Assembly (NCBI RefSeq): GCF_964194155.1 | Contig: NC_135895.1 | Location: forward strand, 9,424,001-9,488,000 | Source: Cetorhinus maximus | Lineage: Eukaryota | Direction of reading: 5' to 3' | Length of the DNA stretch: 64,000 bases | Shown: positions 9,645-21,135 of the stretch, one piece after another | How the letters are laid out: each line of letters starts with the position of its first letter | How positions within the stretch are numbered: the stretch's first letter is position 1 | Position numbers and translations under genes: made by a program | The notes under the pieces: model-generated | What the model saw: only the letters and a program-made list of their open reading frames with translations | Database searches by the model: none | What the model was told of the DNA's origin: nothing

Positions 9645-12322
9645 CTTAGCTGCACTCGTCCAGGCAAGTGGGGAGTATTCCATCACACTCTTGACTTGTG
9701 CCTTGTAGATGGTGGACAGGCTTTGGGGAGTCAGGAGGTTAGTTACTCGTCGCACTATTCCTAGCCTCTGACCTGTTCTTGTAGCCACAGTATTTATATG
9801 GCTAGTCCAGTTCAGTTTCAGGTCAATTGTAACCCCCAGGATGGTGATAGTGGGGGATTCAGTGATGGTAATGCCATTGAGCATCAAGAGCCAATGATTG
9901 GATTCTCTCTTGTTGGAGATGGCTGTTGTCTGACACTTGTATGGTGCGAATGTTACTTGCCACTTGTCAGCCCAAGCCTGGACATTGTCCAGGTCTTGCT
10001 GCATTTGGACATGGACTGCTTCAGTATTTAAGGAGTCTCGAATGGTGCTGAACATTGTGCAATTATCAGCAAACATCCCCACTTCAGACCTTTTGATGGA
10101 AGGAGGGTCATTGATGATGCAGCTGAAGATGGTTGGACTGAGGACACTACCCTGGGGAACTCCTACAGTGATGTCCTGGAGCTGAGATGTCTGACCTCCA
10201 AAGACCACAACCATCTTAATTTACGCTAGGTATGACTCCAACCAGTGGAACGCTTTCCCCCTGATTCCCATTGACTCCAGTTTTGCTGGGGCTCCTTGAT
10301 GCCACACTCGGTCAAATGCAGCCTTGATGACAAAAGCAGTCACTCTCACCTCACCCCAGGAGTTCAGCTCCGTGGCTGAACCAAGGCTGTAATGAGGTCA
10401 GGAGCTGAGTGACCCTGGCAGAACCCAAACTGAGCATCAGTGAGCAAGTTATTGCTAAGCAAGTGCCGCTTGATAGCACTGTTGATGACCCCTTCCCATA
10501 CTTTACTGATGATCGAGAGTAGACTGATGGGGCGGTAATTGGCCGGGTTCTATTTGTCCTCCTTTTTGTGACAGGACATACTTGGGCAACTTTCCACATT
10601 GCCAGGTAGATGCCAGTGTTGTAGTTGTACTGAAACAGCTTGGCTAGGGGCGTGGCAAGTTCTGGAGCACAAGTCTTTAGTACTATTGTGGAATATTGTC
10701 AGGGCCCATAGCCTTTGCAGTATCCAGTTCTTTCAGCCATTTCTTGATATCACATGGAGTGAATTGGTTTGGCTGAAGACTGGTATCTGTGATGCTGGGG
10801 ACATCCACAGGAGGGCGAGATGGATCATCCACTCGGCACTTCTGGTCTGAAGATGGTAGCAAATGCTTTTAGCCTTATCTTTTGCACTGATGTGCTGGGC
10901 TCCTCTATCATTGAGGATGGGGATATTTGTGGAGCCTCCTCCTCCAGTGAGTTGTTTAATTGCCCACCACCATTTACGACTGGATGTGACAGGACTGCAG
11001 AGCTTAGATCTGTTCCGGTGGTTGTGAGATCGCTTAGCTCTGTCTGTTCACTTGCTGCTTCTGCTGTTTGGCATGCAAGCAGTCCTGAGTTATAGCTTCA
11101 CCAGGTTGACACTTCATTTTTAAGTATGTCTGATGCTGCTCCTGGCATGCCTTCCTACAATTTTCATTGAACCAAGTTTGATTCCCTGGCTTGATGGTAA
11201 TGGTAGAGTGGGGGATATGCTGGGCCATGAGGTTACAGATTGTGGTTGAGTACAATTCTGCTGATGGCCCATAGCACATCATGGATGCCCAGTCTTGAGT
11301 TGCTAGATCTGTTTGAAATTTATCCCATTTAACATGGTGGTAATGCCTTGGAGGGTATCCTCAATGTGAAGGGGGGACTTTGTCTCCACAACAACTGTGC
11401 AGTGGTCACTCCTACCAATACTGTCATGGACATGCATCTGCGGCAGGCGGTTTGGTGTTCTTCCCTCTTGTTGGTTCCCTCGCCACCTGCTGCAGGACCA
11501 GTCTAGCAGCTATGTCATTCAAGACTCAGCCAGTAGTGGTGCGACTGAGCCACTCTTGGTGATGGACTCTGAAGTTCCCCCACCCAGAGTACATTCTGCA
11601 CCCTCGGTGCTTCCTCCAAGTGGTGTTCAACATGGAGATACACTGATTCATCAGCTGAGGGAGGGTAGTATGTGGTAATCAACCAGTTTCCTTGCCCATG
11701 TTTGGCCTGATGCCATGAGACTTCATGCAGTCCACAGTCAATGTTAAGGATTCCCAGAGCAACTTCCTCCTGACTGTATACCACTATACTGCCATCTCTG
11801 CTGGGACACAACACATCCAGGGAGATAGTGATGGTGGTGTCATTCCGTGAGGATGACTATGTCAGGCTGTTGTGAGACAGCTCTCCCAATTTTGGCACTA
11901 GCTCCCAGATGTTAGTAACGAGGACTTTGCAGGGTTGAGATTGCTGTTGTCGTTTCCAGTACCTAGGCCAATGCTGGGTGGCCCATTTGGTTTCATTCCT
12001 TTTTTGTGACTTTGTAGCAGTTTGATACAACTGAGTGGCTTGCTAGGCCATTTCAGAGAGTCAACCACATTGCTGTGGCTCCAGAGTCACATGTAGGCCA
12101 GACCAGGTAAGGTTGGCATATTTCCTTCCCTAAAGGGCATTAATGAACCAGATGGGTTTTTACAACAATGGTTTCATGGTCATCGTCAGACTTTGAATTC
12201 CAGATTTTTATTGAATTCACATTCCACCATACCCTGGCAGGATTCGAACCCACATCCCCAAAGCATTACCCTGGGTCCCTAGATAACTAGTCCAGCGACA
12301 ATACCACTAGGCCATCACCTCC
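9645..12322 (-). mobile_element. LINE-B, 5'-complete but 3'-truncated and decayed: tRNA-like head, AP endonuclease and RT (CR1-group non-LTR retrotransposon)
   Basis: Minus strand: head 12322-12029; APE motifs KVLVTNIWELVPKLGELSH, QPDIVILTE, LITTYYPPSADES; RT GVPQGSVLSPTIFSCIIND, MFADNCT, LGVTIDLKLNWTSHI, IYKAQVKSVMEYS (ORF 9630..10214). Confidence 0.9.
12240..12322 (-). promoter_or_regulatory. tRNA-derived internal Pol III promoter (A and B boxes) at the LINE-B 5' end
   Basis: Minus strand A box tggcctagtgg (12314-12304) and B box ggttcgaatcc (12250-12240); anticodon-like arm ctgga-ctagtta-tctag. Confidence 0.75.
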
Positions 12323-12559
12323 GCTAAATTGGGCCTGTGTCAGCTCTTTGAAAAGCTATCCAATTAGTCCCTATTTCCTGCTACTTCTCCATAACCTTGT
12401 AAATTATTTCCCTTCAAGTCTTCATCCAATTCCTTTTGGAAAGTTCTTGCTAACTTTGCTTCCACTGGCTCTTCAGGCAGTGCATTCCGGATCACACAAG
12501 ATAAAAAAAAATCAGATCACAGGACACTCAGAAACAGATGGAGGATCAGAGGGAGAAAT

Positions 12560-12900
12560 GGTCCCAATGCCATTTAACGAAGGCTTCCCGCATCCCGAGA
12601 CACATGAAGCAGCCAAAACACATGCTTATGTCTGTTTTCCACAGCTTGCTTTCCCTGGAACAGGCCTCTACCCTGAAGGCGGAGGCTATAGCTTGAGGGC
12701 CACCACTCCTCATCAAGCATGGCTGACCTGGAGATTCTCCCTCTCTTACCACCTGCCGTAGGGCATGTTGGAAGGATTTGCAGGTTGATATTCAACCTGT
12801 TGAACGCATCTTCCTTGGTCATCAAGTCCCGGAGTGGGATTCCAAACCCAGAGCTTTTGGTTCAGAAGTAGGGACACTACCACAGCACCACAGGAACCCC
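12560..12900 (-). mobile_element. Third tRNA-headed SINE family (single copy in window)
   Basis: Minus strand tcctgtggtgctgtggtagtgtccctacttctgaacc...gggtttggaatcccac has A/B-box-like spacing, followed by a body unrelated to SINE-B or SacSINE1. Confidence 0.55.
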
Positions 12901-13139
12901 CTCACTTAACAAAGGTTACAACATAGTTGGATAAAGGGTTGTACTAAACTACATCGACCAGTAGATCTCAAAGTTCAATTCCTCCTGGTGTTGGTTGCTG
13001 TGTTGAGACAGTATTTATAAGATCTGCCCATGTTCCCTGGACCAGGGAGAGTAAAATGAGCTGAAAACTGCCCATTGACTGCAGCTGTAAAGGGCTGGAT
13101 AGTGGGTGTTAGGAGAGGCCAGCCCTGGGCTTGGGAGGG

Positions 13140-13480
13140 GAGATGGTGGAGTTGTGGTAATATCAGGGTAATCCAGAGGCCCAGGCTAATTCCCTGGGGG
13201 AACATGGGTTCAAATCCCACAATGGGAGCTGGTGCAATTTGAATTCAATGAATAAATCTGGACTATAAACCTAGTCCATGAAATTATTATCATTGCTGTA
13301 CTAATCACTAATGCCCTTTAAGGAAGGAAGGAAATCTGTCGTCCTTATCTGGTCTGGCCTCCATGTGACTCCAGACCCACAGCAATGTGGTTGACTCTTA
13401 GTTGAAATGGCCTAGCAAGCCTTTCAGTTCAAGGGAAATTAGGGATGAGCAACAAAGTGATGTCACAACACATGAAAGAG
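13140..13480 (+). mobile_element. SINE-B
   Basis: B box gggttcaaatccc; junction ggcctagcaagcctttcagtt|caagggaaattagggatg. Confidence 0.88.
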
Positions 13481-14231
13481 TATATATATTTTTTTAAATT
13501 ACCCTCCCAGCATTGAAGGCATAGTGTGACTCCCAAGCTTCACTCATGTGAAATTGGGTGAGGTGATGCAGCAGGGGAGGGGGCGTTTCTACCACCTGAA
13601 ACCATTCCCCACCTACAGGGAGGAGGTAGTGGGGAAGGGGAGGTTGGAAACTAAGACCATGGAGATCATGGGCAAGAACTTGGGAGTCAACCTCCTGCAT
13701 TTGAGAAGACGAGCAGCTGTTAGAATCATGCTCTCCAATATATTCATTGTGCGCAAATTAATTCACCACATACACCAAGGTGTAGCTTTGCTTCACTGCT
13801 CCCTTTAGTGCAAATGAAGGATGTAATAATTGCTATAAATAGACACATCAATTAGCAGTCAATTGCTATTGATGGGGACACTGCATGAATTTGTCACAAT
13901 CCCTTAAAGTGAAGGAGTCCCAAGTCATCCAGCATTTGAGGCAGCCAGCATTTGGCTCATCGCATGGTGTGGAGTATTGAAGAGAGTCTGTGGTGCAGAA
14001 CCTCTCCTCAAGAGTGCAAGAGTTCAACATTTCTCACTGGATTTTTCACAGACTAATTAGCCAATAATGAACTCAAGGACGCTGTTTTCTCCCCCCGCCT
14101 GATTGTATCAGTGATTGTTTCACTGTTTGGTTTTAATCTCCCGCTACAGCCTGGGACTGATGCCCTTTCACGGTTACTATTAGACCCAGCCCCTGAGTGC
14201 CATGACAGCTGCTTTGATGTCGGTTTTGCAG

Positions 14232-14650
14232 CAGTGGGCAGCACTCACACCTCTTAGTCAAAAAGTTGTGGGCTTGAGTCCCACCCCAGAGACTTGAGCT
14301 CAAAATCTTGGCTGACACTTCAGTGCGGTACTAAGGGAGTGCTGCAGTGACAGAGGTGCTGTCTGTTGGGTGGGGTAATTTAAGACCCCATCCAACCTCT
14401 TGGATGGACATAACAGATCCCTTGATGCTATTTTGAAGATGAGCAGGTGAGTTCTCCCTGGTGTCCTGGCCAGAGCTTTTCCCTCCACCCAAGATTATTA
14501 AAACAGATGATCTGACCATTATTGCATTGCTGTTTGTGGGATCTTGCTGTGCACAATTGTCCGCCACGTTTCCTCCATTGCAATACTTCAGAGAGCTTTG
14601 GGATGTCCTGAGGTTGTGAAAGGCACTATATGAACGCAAATCTTTCTATT
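14232..14650 (+). mobile_element. SacSINE1-like Deu-SINE
   Basis: Head, Deu core agatcccttgatgctattttgaagatgagcagg...ggtgtcctggcc, tail gttgtgaaaggcactatatgaacgcaa. Confidence 0.8.
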
Positions 14651-15225
14651 TTCTTGTAAACCAACACTTCTTTATGCTGCCCATCAGAGAGGTACAAAGT
14701 TGATGCATATGCCCCTCTCCGCACCCCTGCATGATTCACACACCATAAGCACAACCCCTCTCACTCAGTGAACTCAACATCTGGTCCTCTGTATAACATA
14801 TTGAAAATTCCTATCAATACCGTCACCAATATTTATTACCCTCATAATAAATCAAAGGGAAAGATGAGAATACATAAGGTCATGATGGACTTCCAAACCT
14901 AAATCAATTCAACACTGGAATTAAATAAGTACAGGGCTGGGCTGGTTGGCATCCGCCATTTCTTAAAGGGCTGCCTTTTTTTTTACTTTGTTGCATGTCA
15001 GTCATACAACCTTGTCCTTTGACAGCTCAGCTACACATAACATAAATTCACCAAAGCGGCAATTTTCAGCTCCACTGCCTCGTCTGAAGGGGCAGGTTCT
15101 ATGAAGCGGGTGGGTAGACAGGGGGAGCATTGGGTAGCATACTTCTCTCAGGTTTATAGCCACAGCAACAAAGTTGGAATCATTCTCCACCGCATCACAC
15201 TACCCAGGAGGTCCCAGTTTTCCAT

Positions 15226-15448
15226 TAAGATAAAAGCAAAATACCGCGGATGCTGGAAAACTGAAACAAAAACAGAAAATGCTGGAAAAACTCAGCAGGT
15301 CTGACAGGCTCTTGGAGCAAGAAACAGAGTTAACGTTTCGAGTCCACATGACTCTGAAGAAGGTCATACGGACTCGAAATGTTAACTGTGTTTCTCTCTC
15401 CCCAGATGCTGCTAGACCTGCTGAGTCTTTCCAGCATTTTCTGTCTTT
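15226..15448. mobile_element. Penelope-like family A termini in inverted (palindromic) arrangement with 15-bp TSD
   Basis: Arms ~15260-15352 and ~15362-15448 are near reverse complements; flanks gtcccagttttccat (15211-15225) and gtcccagatttccat (15449-15463). Confidence 0.8.
15354..15383 (+). ncRNA. Minimal hammerhead ribozyme motif (Penelope-associated)
   Basis: CTGAAGA a ggtc atacg gact c GAAA tgtt: both catalytic boxes around a short stem II; stem I 5' strand missing. Confidence 0.6.
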
Positions 15449-15499
15449 GTCCCAGATTTCCATCCTTGGCCTGTGTTGAATTAGCAATGGTTGTGGGGG

Positions 15500-16777
15500 G
15501 GAGGGGAGGGAGTGGGGTGAGGTTGGGCCCATACTCATTGGAGTATCTTGTTGAAAAATTTAAGGTCTTGAGGAGGCTTGACAGGATAAATCCCTCTCAT
15601 GGTGGGATCCAGAACTAGGGGGCACAGTTTCAAATTTTGATAAAGTCCCACATACAATGTTAGTTTGCAAAATTAAAGCACATGGGAATGGGGCTCATGT
15701 ATTTGTATGGATTGAGAATTGCTTAACAGACAGGAAACAGAGAGTAGGAATAAATGGGTCTTTTTCAGAGTGGCAGATGGTGACTAGTGCAGTACTGCAG
15801 GGATCAGTGCTTGGGCCCCAGCTATTCACAATATATATCAATGATTTTATGAGGGAACCAAATGTAATATTTCCAAGTTTGCTGACAACGCAAAACTAGA
15901 TGGGAATGTGGATGGTGAGGAAGATGTTAAGAGGTTTCAAGGCGATTTAGACAAGTTGAGTGAGTGGTCAAATACATGGCAGATGCAGTATAACGTGGAT
16001 AAGTGTGAAGTTATCCACTTCAGTAGGAAAAACAGAATGGCAGAGTATTATTTAAATGGTGATAGATTGGGAAATGTTGATGTACAAAGGGACCTCGGTG
16101 TCCTTGTACACCAGTCACTGAAAGTAAGCTTGTGGTGCAGCAAGCAGTTAAGAAGTCAAATGGTATGTTGGCCTTCATTGCGAGAGGACTTGAGTACAAG
16201 GCTGTCTTACTGCAGCTGTACAGGGCCTTGGTGAGACCACATCTGGAGTATTGTGTACAGTTTTGGTCTCCTTACCTATATTTTTTCCATAGAGGGAGTG
16301 CAGCGAAGGTTTACCAGATTGATTCCTGGGATGGCAGGATTTTTGTCTGAGGAGAGATTGGATCGACTAGGCCTGTATTCACTGGTGTTTAGAAGAACGA
16401 GAGGAGACCTCACTCAAATGCATAAAATTCTGGCAGGCATGGACAGACTGGACGCAGGGATGATGTTTCCTTTGTCTGAGGGGTCTAGAACAAGAGGTCA
16501 CACTCTCAGGGTATGGGGTGGGCCATTTAGGACTGAGATGAGGAGAAACTTCTTCACTCAGAGGGTGGTGAACCTGTGGAATTCTCTACCACAGAAGGCT
16601 GTGCAGGCCAAGTCACTGAATGTATTTAAGAAGGAAATAGATTTCTGGACTCTCAACGTATCAAGGGGTGTGGAGAGAGAGAGCTGGAGTATGGCATTGA
16701 GATAGAGGGTCAGCCATGATCATATGGTGGAGCAGGCTCGAAGGGCTGAATGATCTGCTCCTGCTCCTATTTTCTAT
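15500..16777 (+). mobile_element. CR1-A RT to 3' end (short fragment 15500-15632 followed by a longer copy)
   Basis: RKQRVGINGSFSEW...QGSVLGPQLFTIYIND, FQGDLDKL, LYRALVRPHLEYCVQFWSP, RRNFFTQRVVNLWNSLP. Confidence 0.95.
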
Positions 16778-17450
16778 GGCCTGAATTTTCCCGTCGGCGA
16801 GTTGGGGGTGGGGCCCGCTCGCCAACGTGATAATGACATGGGATGACATTGGGAGGAACCCCCGACGTCATCCCGCCCCATTTAAATATTGAGGAAGGTG
16901 GGCGGACAGCGAAATCAGCTGTCCGCCCGTCGACCTGTCAATGGCCAATTGAGGCCATTGACAGGATGATTAAGGTAGTTAAAGGCCCTGCCCGTCCAAC
17001 CTTAAGGCTGGCGGGCAGGCCAGGAGCCCCAGCGGACTTCTGAAAAAACATAAAACCTCATCCACTGGCGGGATGAGGTTTCATGTCCGCTTTAAAAATG
17101 TTTAATAAATTTTATGTGATATTTATTAAAATGTCCCATCTCGTGTGACATTGTCATATGAGGAGGATATGTTAATAATTTTTTATTTTTTTCTATTTTT
17201 TAAGTTTGTAAAACTTTCACTGATCTCCCTGAGACAGCACTTAGTCTCAGGGAGATGTGCGCTTGCACGAAAGAGCGCACATTGACAGATGGGGAATCCC
17301 TCCCCTCCCACACAGGAAGCACATAGTGCTTCCCGTCGGCCAGGCCGCTGGGCGGGCCTTAATTGGCCCGCCCACTCAAAATGGCGGCGGGGTCCTCTTC
17401 GGCGGCGGAGTTCGGCTGCCCGCCCGCCAACCTAGGGCAAAATTCTGCCC
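16778..17450. mobile_element. Harbinger-like MITE inserted in a CR1 3' tail
   Basis: TIRs ggcctgaattttccc / gggcaaaattctgccc; removing it restores ctcctattttctatgtttctatg (cf. 47217-47243). Confidence 0.88.
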
Positions 17451-17464
17451 ATATGTTTCTATGT

Positions 17465-17740
17465 TAAGGGGTCTCCTACTTAAGATGGAGATGAGGAGGA
17501 ACTTCTTCTCTAAGAGGGCATCGAGTGTCTGGAATTCTCTTCCCCAGAGAGCGGTGGAGGTTGGGTTATTGAATAGATTCAAAGCTGAGTTAGGCAGATT
17601 TTGAGTGACAAGGGGGTCAAGGGTTATGGGGGACAGGCAGGAAAGCAGCATTACGGTCTCAATCTGATCAGACATGATCTCATTAGCTGGCTAAGCAGGC
17701 GCGAGGGGCCGAATGGCCTACTCCTGCTCCTACTTAGATT
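17465..17740 (+). mobile_element. CR1-A 3' end
   Basis: EMRRNFFSKRASSVWNSLPQRAVE and tail gaatggcctactcctgctcct. Confidence 0.9.
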
Positions 17741-18257
17741 CCTACAAGGTGCTACTTCTGGCATCATATTAAGAAGAGGTAAATTGACCCCACTTCCTAC
17801 TGCTAGAGATGTGAACTTGGGGTGGTTGGACTCAAGGTCCCAAACATAGGCTGCGTAATTAGTACAATAAGCGTTATTACAACCTGGAGTTTAAACTTTC
17901 CACATTTTAACCAAAGATTTTAGCAGTGAGGCCTTAAAATTGAAGAAAGTGGCTAGACGGAGGGGAAGATTTGCAGTTTGTGTAAAGTGCATTCTCCTCC
18001 CGTCCCCCACAAGTTCTTGGATGAAAAGCAAACTAATAGGATGCTCTGTGTTTGGACATCTGCGCTTATTGGCACAGCCTCATTCCCTTGCCGACTAAAT
18101 CATTCGGATCTAGCAGTAGCCTACCTTCTTCACAAATCTCTAATGTCGCTTTTTTCTTAACTACAGGGTTGTTTGGCAGCAATGGGTTTACAGCCAGACG
18201 GCAACTCACATCCATGTCCTTGATACCATTAGTCTCCGCTATTCCAATACAAAACCT

Positions 18258-18360
18258 TTCCCAGTTCTGATGAATGGTCATCGATCTGAAGCTAACCCTG
18301 TTTCTCTCTCCTGACCTGCTGATTATTTCTGGCATTTTCTGTTCGATTCCACTCTTCCAG
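18258..18360 (+). mobile_element. Penelope-like family A terminus with degenerate hammerhead
   Basis: cagtt CTGATGA atggtc atc gatct GAAG ... tgacctgctga..atttctggcattttctg. Confidence 0.7.
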
Positions 18361-18384
18361 TGCTCTCCTGGCCCGTCTCTCATC

Positions 18385-18870
18385 TTCCGTGCTCCAAAAA
18401 CATCCAGAGTTCTGCTGCCTGTATCCTAACTCACATCAAGTCCTCCTTGCTCATCGCTCCTCTAGCTCGCTGGCCTAGATTGTCGCCCAGTCCATCAATG
18501 TTTTGATTCTGACCTTCTCATTCTGGTATTCAAATCCCTCCAAGGCCTCACATTACATAGTATCTCCAGCCTGCTCCAGAGGTATCACCCTCCAGGAACT
18601 CTGCCTTCCACCACATTCTTGCCTCTTGTAACTCCCCGCTCATTGTCAGCCTTGCCTTCAGCTGCCAAGGCCCTGAGCCTCGACATTTCCTCCTGAAACC
18701 TCTCCTTTCTTTACTCCCTCTCTTCATCGAGACTTACCTCTTTGACCAAGCTTTTGGTCACCTGTCTTAATATCTCTTTATTATGGCTCGGAATCAACTT
18801 CTGTCTGTCTGATAAGTGCTTTGGGATGTTTGCCGAGGGCAAAGGTGCTATATAAATGCAAGTCGTCATT
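18385..18870 (+). mobile_element. L2-clade LINE 3' fragment
   Basis: Decayed IQ.SAA.IL...HWL..KILIL.FKSL.GL-type C-terminus; tail ctctttgaccaagcttttggtca...aaaggtgctatataaatgcaagt matches the SacSINE1-like tail and 41660-42048. Confidence 0.75.
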
Positions 18871-19529
18871 CTAGTCTCGATTCCCAGTCACAGGCAGCAG
18901 GATGGGAATTACAACTGGGCCCTGGGACCCCAGGTCAGGACAAGAAAAGAAACAAGGGGTTGAGGTTGAGGGGGGGTCAATGCTCCTGATCGCCATCGAG
19001 TGACACCCCCTGCAACCTCACCACCCGCACCCCCCACCCCCTTTCTTTAAAGGCAGGGAACCAGTGCAGGCTGACCGAGGACTGGATCCTGAAACAGAAA
19101 CTGAAAAAGCAAGTTGTACTTACTAAAGTGGCTTAACCATGATTCTTAGTCTTTTGCTGGTATTGAAATGAATAAATGTGTGGATCCATTGCAGTCAGTG
19201 GCAAATATATAACAGTAAGATGGGTTGATGAGATGAACCATTTTGTGCAGACAATTTGATTGTGGTATGAATGCTTGATGCTCGCTGAATATTATCACGG
19301 AAACCAACCACTTAGAGCTGGACAAGGGAAGAATAATGGCACTTCACATGGCTGATTGTTAAAGAATTTTACTTCTGTCGCCCAGCACGCACAACTAGGA
19401 GGCAAGATAGCTTCCAAATGCTTTTAAAAAGCTATCACACTGGAGGTCAGTGTTTGCAGGATCATCCAGCCATGTTTACATCAATTGTCTTTATTAAGGT
19501 GATAGTGCACCAAATGAAGGAGCCAGAGG

Positions 19530-19910
19530 TCATAAGGTCATGAGAAATAGAAACAGGAGCAGGCCATTCAGCCCAAGAGCCCGTTCTGTCATTCAACAAG
19601 GTCATGGCTGATCTGATTGTGGCCTTAACTCCACTTTCCTGCCTGCGCCCCCCATAACCCTCGACTCCCTTCTCAACCGAAAATCTGTCTAACTCAGCCT
19701 TGAGTACATTCAATGACCCAACTTTCACTGCTCTCTGTGGAAGAGAGTCCTAAAGACTAATGATCTTCTGAGAGAAGAAATTCCTCCTCATCTCCATCTT
19801 AAATGGGAAATCCCTTATTTCTAAAATGTGCCCCCTCGTTCTAGATTTCCCCACAAGAGGAAACATCCTCTCAGAATCTTACACGTTTCAATAAGATCAC
19901 TTCTCGTTCT
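19530..19910 (-). mobile_element. CR1-A 3' end
   Basis: Reverse complement of gagatgaggaggaatttcttctctcag and of the CR1 tail. Confidence 0.88.
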
Positions 19911-19911
19911 T

Positions 19912-20365
19912 CAGGCAAGGCGACTGGTTTTTCCGGCGACCCCAATATCAAGCCCCTATGGGTGCCCTGAGCCCACCAGTGCAACCTTCCGAGTGGTGGC
20001 CCCTGCTTCGCCGTCTTTAGCGGGACGCGGCCCAATCAGTGGCGCTGGAGCAATGCCAAGCCGGCAACCCCGCCCGGAGAGATGGGCGTTGCCAAGGCAG
20101 GCAAGGACACCTCAACATGGAGGCGACCTTGGTTGTCTGCGAAGAAGTTGTAAATCAGGGACGCCCAAAGCCAGGAAGCCAGACTGAAGGGGAAACAGCC
20201 CTGCTGCTCTATTCATGGACAGGACAGCAGCCTCTTATCCCTGTGGCTCATCACTGCGACATGGAGCCTTTGGCTCCGACAGGCCCCCTGGGCTGTTGCA
20301 CAGAGCGCCACTTTGATTGAGCTGGCAGCCCCTACACATGGCAAAACACAAGCGTCGGCTACACA
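19912..20365. mobile_element. GC-rich probable DNA-transposon remnant
   Basis: CpG-rich; shares the motif ctcaacatggagg with the MITE at 25764-26259; no clear TIR pair found. Confidence 0.35.
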
Positions 20366-20374
20366 ATGGCCCCT

Positions 20375-21135
20375 CAGTGTCATTCGCTGTTTGTAGGAGC
20401 TGGCTGCGTGCAAATTGATTGCCCTGTTTTCTACATCACAACAGTGTCTGTGCTTCAAGTTGGCCTGAAATTCCATAAGACATAGGAGCAGAAATTAGGC
20501 CATTCGGCCCATCGAGTCTGCTCCACCATTCAATCATGGCTGATAAGTTTCTCAACCCCATTCTCCCGCCTTCTCCCCATAACCTTTGATGCCCTTACCA
20601 ATCAAGAACCTATCTATCTCAGCCTTAAATACACTCAATGACCTGGCCTCCACAGCCTTCCGTGGCAATGAATTCCATAGATTCACCACTCTCTGGCTAA
20701 AGAAGTTTCTCCTCATCTCTGTTCTTAAAGGTCTTCCCTTTACTCTGAGGCTGTGCCCTCGGGTCCTAGTCTCTCCTACTAATGGAAACATCTTCCCCAC
20801 GTCCACTCTATTCAGGCCTTTCAGTATTCTGTAAGTTTCAATCAGATCCCCCCTCATCCTTCTAAACTCCATCGAGTATAGACCCAGAGTCCTCAAACGT
20901 TCCTCATATGCTAAGCCTTTCATTCCTGGGATCGTTCTCGTGAGCCTCCTCTGGACCCTCTCCAGGGCCCAGCACATCCTTCCTGAGATATGGGGCCCAA
21001 AATTGCTCACAATATTCTAAATGTGGTCCGACCAGAGCCTTATAAAGCCTCAGCAGCACATCCCTGCTTTTATATTCTAGTCCTTTGAAGCTCCTCGCTG
21101 CCTTTAGAGGCGCTACATAAACGCAAGTCTTTTTC
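20375..21135 (+). mobile_element. SacSINE1-like 3' half interrupted by a young CR1-A
   Basis: SINE homology 20375-20473 resumes at ~21085 (gaggcgctacataaacgcaagtc). Confidence 0.7.
20475..21084 (-). mobile_element. Young CR1-A 3' fragment
   Basis: ORFs 20552..21010 and 20904..21140 give a nearly intact ORF2 C-terminus; tail nearly identical to 24570-24717. Confidence 0.95.
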
